Below, in pieces: positions 60,297 through 64,000 of a stretch of 64,000 nt of DNA (within the stretch, counting starts at the first letter, position 1; each line of letters opens with the position of its first letter). The translations under genes were made by a program, and so were the position numbers. Under the pieces are notes generated by a model. The model was not told the origin of the DNA. It worked only from the letters and a program-made list of their open reading frames with translations, and ran no database searches. Source of the stretch: an uncultured Pelagibacteraceae bacterium (GTDB lineage Bacteria > Pseudomonadota > Alphaproteobacteria > Pelagibacterales > Pelagibacteraceae); the NCBI GenBank assembly GCA_902563435.1, contig CACEXE010000004.1:6990-70989 (forward strand), in the 5' to 3' direction.

Positions 60297-61797
60297 CCTT
60301 AGTCTTTTTAAACATAGTTTTATATATATGCCAAACTACAATTAATATTGTGGTTAACAAAATACATGCAGTAAGAGTTCTATCCCATAAAAATTCCCAA
60401 GATCCATTACTTAACAATAAAGATCTTCTTAAATTCTCCTCCATTAAACCACCAAGAACAAATGCGAGTATTAATGGTGGCATTGGAAAATCATAAAGCC
60501 GCATAAAAGTTGCAACAACTGCAATTCCAATCATTAAATAAATATCAAAGTTATTAAATGACATTACATAAATTCCAGTAATAGAAAAAAATAGGATTAA
60601 TGGGATTAGATAATTTTTAGGGACTGCTAAAATTCTAGCTATATAAGGAATAAGAGGTAAATTTAGAATTAATAAAATTACCATCCCTATATACATAGAC
60701 ATAATGATAGACCAAAATATTTCTGGATTGGTCATATATAGTCTTGGACCAGGCTGGACCCCAAATCCTAATAAAGCCCCCAACATAACTGCAGTTGTTC
60801 CACTTCCAGGTATACCTAAAGTAAGCATAGGTACAAATGATCCTGAACAGGCTGCATTATTTGCTGTTTCTGGAGCTGATAAACCATTAACACTTCCCTT
60901 GCCAAATTTTTCTTTTTCTTCATCCGTAACAATATTTCTTTCCATTCCGTAAGCTAAAAAAGAAGCAATAGTAGCCCCTGCTCCTGGCAAAACACCAATT
61001 AAAAAACCAATTACTGATGACCTAGGTATTGTCTTGTACATTTTGGTTCTTTCTTCCTTATTTATTTTAATTGAACCAAGTTCTGTTAATGAAACTTGTT
61101 TAGCAGCGCTTGTGGGATCATTTCTTTTTAAAATGATTGTAAGAGCTTCGCTCATCGCAAAGGTTGCCATAACAACAAGAACAAAGCTAATTCCATCTGT
61201 TAAATTCATATTATTAAATGTAAATCTTGTAATATCAGATAAGCTATCTTGACCAACAGATGCCAACATTAAACCAATTACTACCATCATCATAGCTTTT
61301 AAAAACTGACCCTTAGAAGAAAATGCTGCAATAGCAGTTAGACCTAAAATCATTAACGCAAAATAATCAGGAGATCTAAAAGATAGACTTACTTTCGATA
61401 AACTTGGGGCCATAAATAATAAATATATTGCTGACAACGTTCCACCAGCAAATGAACTCCAAGCAGCTATAGCCAATGCTTTTCCCGCTTTACCTTGTTG
61501 GGCCATTGGATAGCCATCAAATGAGGTTGCGACCGTACCTGGAACACCAGGTGCGTTTAATAATATTGATGACGTAGAACCTCCAAATACCGCTCCATAA
61601 TAAACTCCTGCCATTAAAATTAAACCAGTTGCTGGATCAAAACCATAAGTAATTGGAATCATTAAAGCTATCGCTGTCATTGGTCCAAGTCCTGGCAACA
61701 TTCCAATAATTGTTCCAAAAAAACAGCCAAGCATTACCATTAAAATATTTTGTAGAGTAAGTGCTGTTGTTAAACCAATTAGAATTCCTTCGATCAT
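60289..61797 (-). CDS. tctA: TTT permease TctA
   Basis: GMLPGLG, DGYP and APETANNA motifs. Confidence 0.92.
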   Translation of the reverse strand: MIEGILIGLTTALTLQNILMVMLGCFFGTIIGMLPGLGPMTAIALMIPITYGFDPATGLILMAGVYYGAVFGGSTSSILLNAPGVPGTVATSFDGYPMAQQGKAGKALAIAAWSSFAGGTLSAIYLLFMAPSLSKVSLSFRSPDYFALMILGLTAIAAFSSKGQFLKAMMMVVIGLMLASVGQDSLSDITRFTFNNMNLTDGISFVLVVMATFAMSEALTIILKRNDPTSAAKQVSLTELGSIKINKEERTKMYKTIPRSSVIGFLIGVLPGAGATIASFLAYGMERNIVTDEEKEKFGKGSVNGLSAPETANNAACSGSFVPMLTLGIPGSGTTAVMLGALLGFGVQPGPRLYMTNPEIFWSIIMSMYIGMVILLILNLPLIPYIARILAVPKNYLIPLILFFSITGIYVMSFNNFDIYLMIGIAVVATFMRLYDFPMPPLILAFVLGGLMEENLRRSLLLSNGSWEFLWDRTLTACILLTTILIVVWHIYKTMFKKTKAK

Positions 61798-62264
61798 CCC
61801 ATAACTCCAATTGATTTTAAGAATGGATCTCTTAAATAAATATCAAGAACGCCATGAAGCAAATACATAAAAGCTGCTACAAAAGGAAAAGACAATAAGA
61901 ACATTAAGACCCATCTTCTCTCTCCTAAAAAATAATATGAAGAGAATAAAAATAGCGAAGTAGTTAAAAAATAACCAACTTTTAAAATTGTAGCACCATA
62001 AATTATTGCAATAATAATAAGTATTACTGTTTTTTTATATTCTAAAGTTTTATGTTGAACTTTTATTGTATTAGGATCTGGTAAAATTAGTTTTAATCCT
62101 GAAAAAAAAAGGCCTGCATAACCTAGATAAATTGGAAATGTTCTTGCATTAAAAGGTGCATTTTCATCGAATGCAAAAACTTGAATTTGATAAGCTGTAT
62201 ATAAATAAAATGCAGAAAATATAAAAAAGAGCAGTGATATAACTTTTGTAGTATTTATATTCAC
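61794..62264 (-). CDS. tctB: TTT small permease TctB
   Basis: 4 TMs; FP motif; between tctC and tctA. Confidence 0.85.
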   Translation of the reverse strand: MNINTTKVISLLFFIFSAFYLYTAYQIQVFAFDENAPFNARTFPIYLGYAGLFFSGLKLILPDPNTIKVQHKTLEYKKTVILIIIAIIYGATILKVGYFLTTSLFLFSSYYFLGERRWVLMFLLSFPFVAAFMYLLHGVLDIYLRDPFLKSIGVMG

Positions 62265-62291
62265 TGCTCTAATATTTAATAATCGTTAAGA

Positions 62292-63272
62292 TTATATAAC
62301 TCCTAATTTCTTCATAAGAGCCGTCATTTCTTCAGTTTGTTTTTCTAAGAAAGAGACAAACTTACCTTCTGGATTGTAAATATTAACCCATGCATTTCTT
62401 GCTCTAACAGTTTCCCATTCAGAAGTCTTTTGTACATCGCCTAACATTTTTGCAATTTTAGATTTATCTGCATTGCTCATTCCTGGAGGTCCAAAGAAAC
62501 CTCTCCAGTTTACAAATTGTACATCATAACCCTGTTCTTTAAGAGTTGGTGCATCTGGAGCATCAGAAACTCTCGAAGGTGCTGTAATACCAATAATTCT
62601 TACTTGATCTCTTGCACCCATAAGCTCACCTAAACCAGTAGAGATAATTTGTGTTTCCCCAGATAAAAGTCCAGCTAAAGCTTTTCCACCAGCATCATAA
62701 GGAATATAAGCAACATCATTTGGATTAGCACCAGCAGCTTGGAAAGCTAAAGCACCAATTAAATGGTCCATACTTCCTCTTACTGATCCACCTGCCATTT
62801 TAATAGAGCTTGCATCTTTCTTATATGCATCAACAACATCTTTAAAATTTTTATATGGTGAATTTTTTGCAACTGCTATTGCACCATAATCTCCAATAAC
62901 ACCAGCTATTGGCACAACATCTTTATAAGATAAAGTTCCACTGCCACTTACATAACCTTTGTGTCTTGTAATTGATCTTAATACTAATGGTGTTGATTGA
63001 ACTAAGACTGTATTTGCAGGCTTATTATTAATCATATAAGCTAATGCTTTTCCACCACCACCACCTGACATATTTTCAAATGATGCACTTTTTAACATAC
63101 CAGCTTTTGTTAAAGCTTCTCCAGTACCTCTAGCAGTTCCATCCCAACCACCACCAGCACCACCACCAATTACAAAGTGCAATTTATCAATTGCTAATGA
63201 ACTAGTTGTTGTTGCTGAAAGTATAAGAATTGCTGAGAATAAAACTGAAATTATTGATTTAATTAGTTTCAT
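62292..63272 (-). CDS. tctC: TTT substrate-binding protein TctC
   Basis: GGGWDGTAR, EN..GGGG and NWRGFFGPPG motifs. Confidence 0.9.
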   Translation of the reverse strand: MKLIKSIISVLFSAILILSATTTSSLAIDKLHFVIGGGAGGGWDGTARGTGEALTKAGMLKSASFENMSGGGGGKALAYMINNKPANTVLVQSTPLVLRSITRHKGYVSGSGTLSYKDVVPIAGVIGDYGAIAVAKNSPYKNFKDVVDAYKKDASSIKMAGGSVRGSMDHLIGALAFQAAGANPNDVAYIPYDAGGKALAGLLSGETQIISTGLGELMGARDQVRIIGITAPSRVSDAPDAPTLKEQGYDVQFVNWRGFFGPPGMSNADKSKIAKMLGDVQKTSEWETVRARNAWVNIYNPEGKFVSFLEKQTEEMTALMKKLGVI

Positions 63273-63304
63273 TATTTTTTCTCCTATTATAATTATAATT
63301 AGTT

Positions 63305-63333
63305 ATTAAACATAAATTAAAATTCAGTGTCAA
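63305..63333 (-). promoter_or_regulatory. Putative sigma70 promoter of tctCBA
   Basis: Minus strand TTGACA-N17-TTTAAT; AGGAG RBS before the ATG at 63272. Confidence 0.6.
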
Positions 63334-63360
63334 TGAGGATTTATTATTTAAATATTAAAC

Positions 63361-64000
63361 GTGATTCTATTTAAAAAATTATTAAATGAGCTTAACATTA
63401 GTTATAAGGCTTTAATCATAGGGGTAATAGGAGGTTATATTGGAACTCTAATTGGTCTTCCTTTACCTTGGTTGCTAGGTGCTTTAGGTTTAAATCTGTG
63501 CATTGCTTTTACTAATTTTAAAATTGAATTCTCAACAAAATTACTTAATCCAGTTTTTCTGATGGTTGGGATTATTTTAGGTGGAACGTTGAATGTGTCT
63601 TTATTATATAAAATTCATTTATGGATATTCTCATCTATGGCTATGGTTGTTTGTACTGTAGTCAGTACTATTTTAGCAGGATATTATTTTATTAAAGTTT
63701 GTAAATTTGATAAGTTTATTGCAACACTTGCCGCACTACCTGGGGCATTTGTCCCAATAGCTGCAGCACTTTTAGAGTATGGAAAAAAAGAAAATCATAA
63801 ACAAGTTTTAATTCCTCAAGCCACAAGAGTTATATTTATTGTAAGTTTTGTACCTATATTATTTATTAGCAAGTTAGGATTTTCTGAAATTGCAGGATAT
63901 AATTATGAAAATATTTACGATCTAAGATATTTTTTAGAAATTATTTTTTTAATAGTCATTTGTTATTTATTTTCTAAATTGCTCAAAAAATTTAATATCC
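63361..64000 (+). CDS. AbrB-family (putative ammonia monooxygenase-like) membrane protein, partial
   Basis: Not in the ORF track. Manual translation from GTG gives ...IGVIGGYIGTLIGLPLPWLLGA...LPGA...Q.TR; open to the window end. Confidence 0.75.
   Translation, partial: MILFKKLLNELNISYKALIIGVIGGYIGTLIGLPLPWLLGALGLNLCIAFTNFKIEFSTKLLNPVFLMVGIILGGTLNVSLLYKIHLWIFSSMAMVVCTVVSTILAGYYFIKVCKFDKFIATLAALPGAFVPIAAALLEYGKKENHKQVLIPQATRVIFIVSFVPILFISKLGFSEIAGYNYENIYDLRYFLEIIFLIVICYLFSKLLKKFNI

Noticed and set aside
167-61252. Short opposite-strand or alternate-frame ORFs in the track (e.g. 167-352, 7157-7435, 7574-7780, 7887-8126, 10625-11014, 14677-14955, 23232-23748, 34151-34408, 43690-44010, 60704-61252)
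   Set aside because: They lie within well-supported genes and carry no motifs, so they are shadow ORFs.
63053-63167. CCA trinucleotide runs
   Set aside because: They encode the Gly-rich motifs of TctC and are not a repeat element.
1-64000. CRISPR arrays, IS elements, rRNA, riboswitches, defence systems
   Set aside because: None was recognisable by eye; an Rfam/DefenseFinder scan would be needed to exclude weak hits.

Overview
AT-rich, very gene-dense bacterial DNA with tiny or overlapping intergenic spaces. Gene content and style are consistent with a streamlined marine alphaproteobacterium, most likely SAR11/Pelagibacterales (inferred, not proven). Most of the window is core metabolism: nadK, tRNA-Leu(TAA), sfsA-map-purBCSQL-bolA-grxD, rpsD, cimA, cysS, nadE, class II DAHP synthase, glmS, an acetyltransferase-only glmU, prpDBC, nrdAB with NrdR-like boxes, a phosphohexomutase, dusA and rpoZ. 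The accessory segments are: (i) a very AT-rich glycosylation cassette beside the tRNA; (ii) two highly divergent ComA/phosphosulfolactate-synthase-fold genes flanking a tripartite tricarboxylate transporter with a fused TctA-TctB, next to a beta-hydroxyacid dehydrogenase and an FAH-fold hydratase, which is the best candidate for an undescribed uptake/catabolic system; (iii) an intergenic patch of three tiny hydrophobic ORFs and a strong hairpin; (iv) a malonate-type TRAP/malonyl-CoA decarboxylase module with a family III CoA-transferase where MatB would be expected; (v) tandem paralogous secreted HEXXH proteins. I saw no integrase, transposase, CRISPR array or rRNA. All family calls come from motif recognition by eye, with no database searches.
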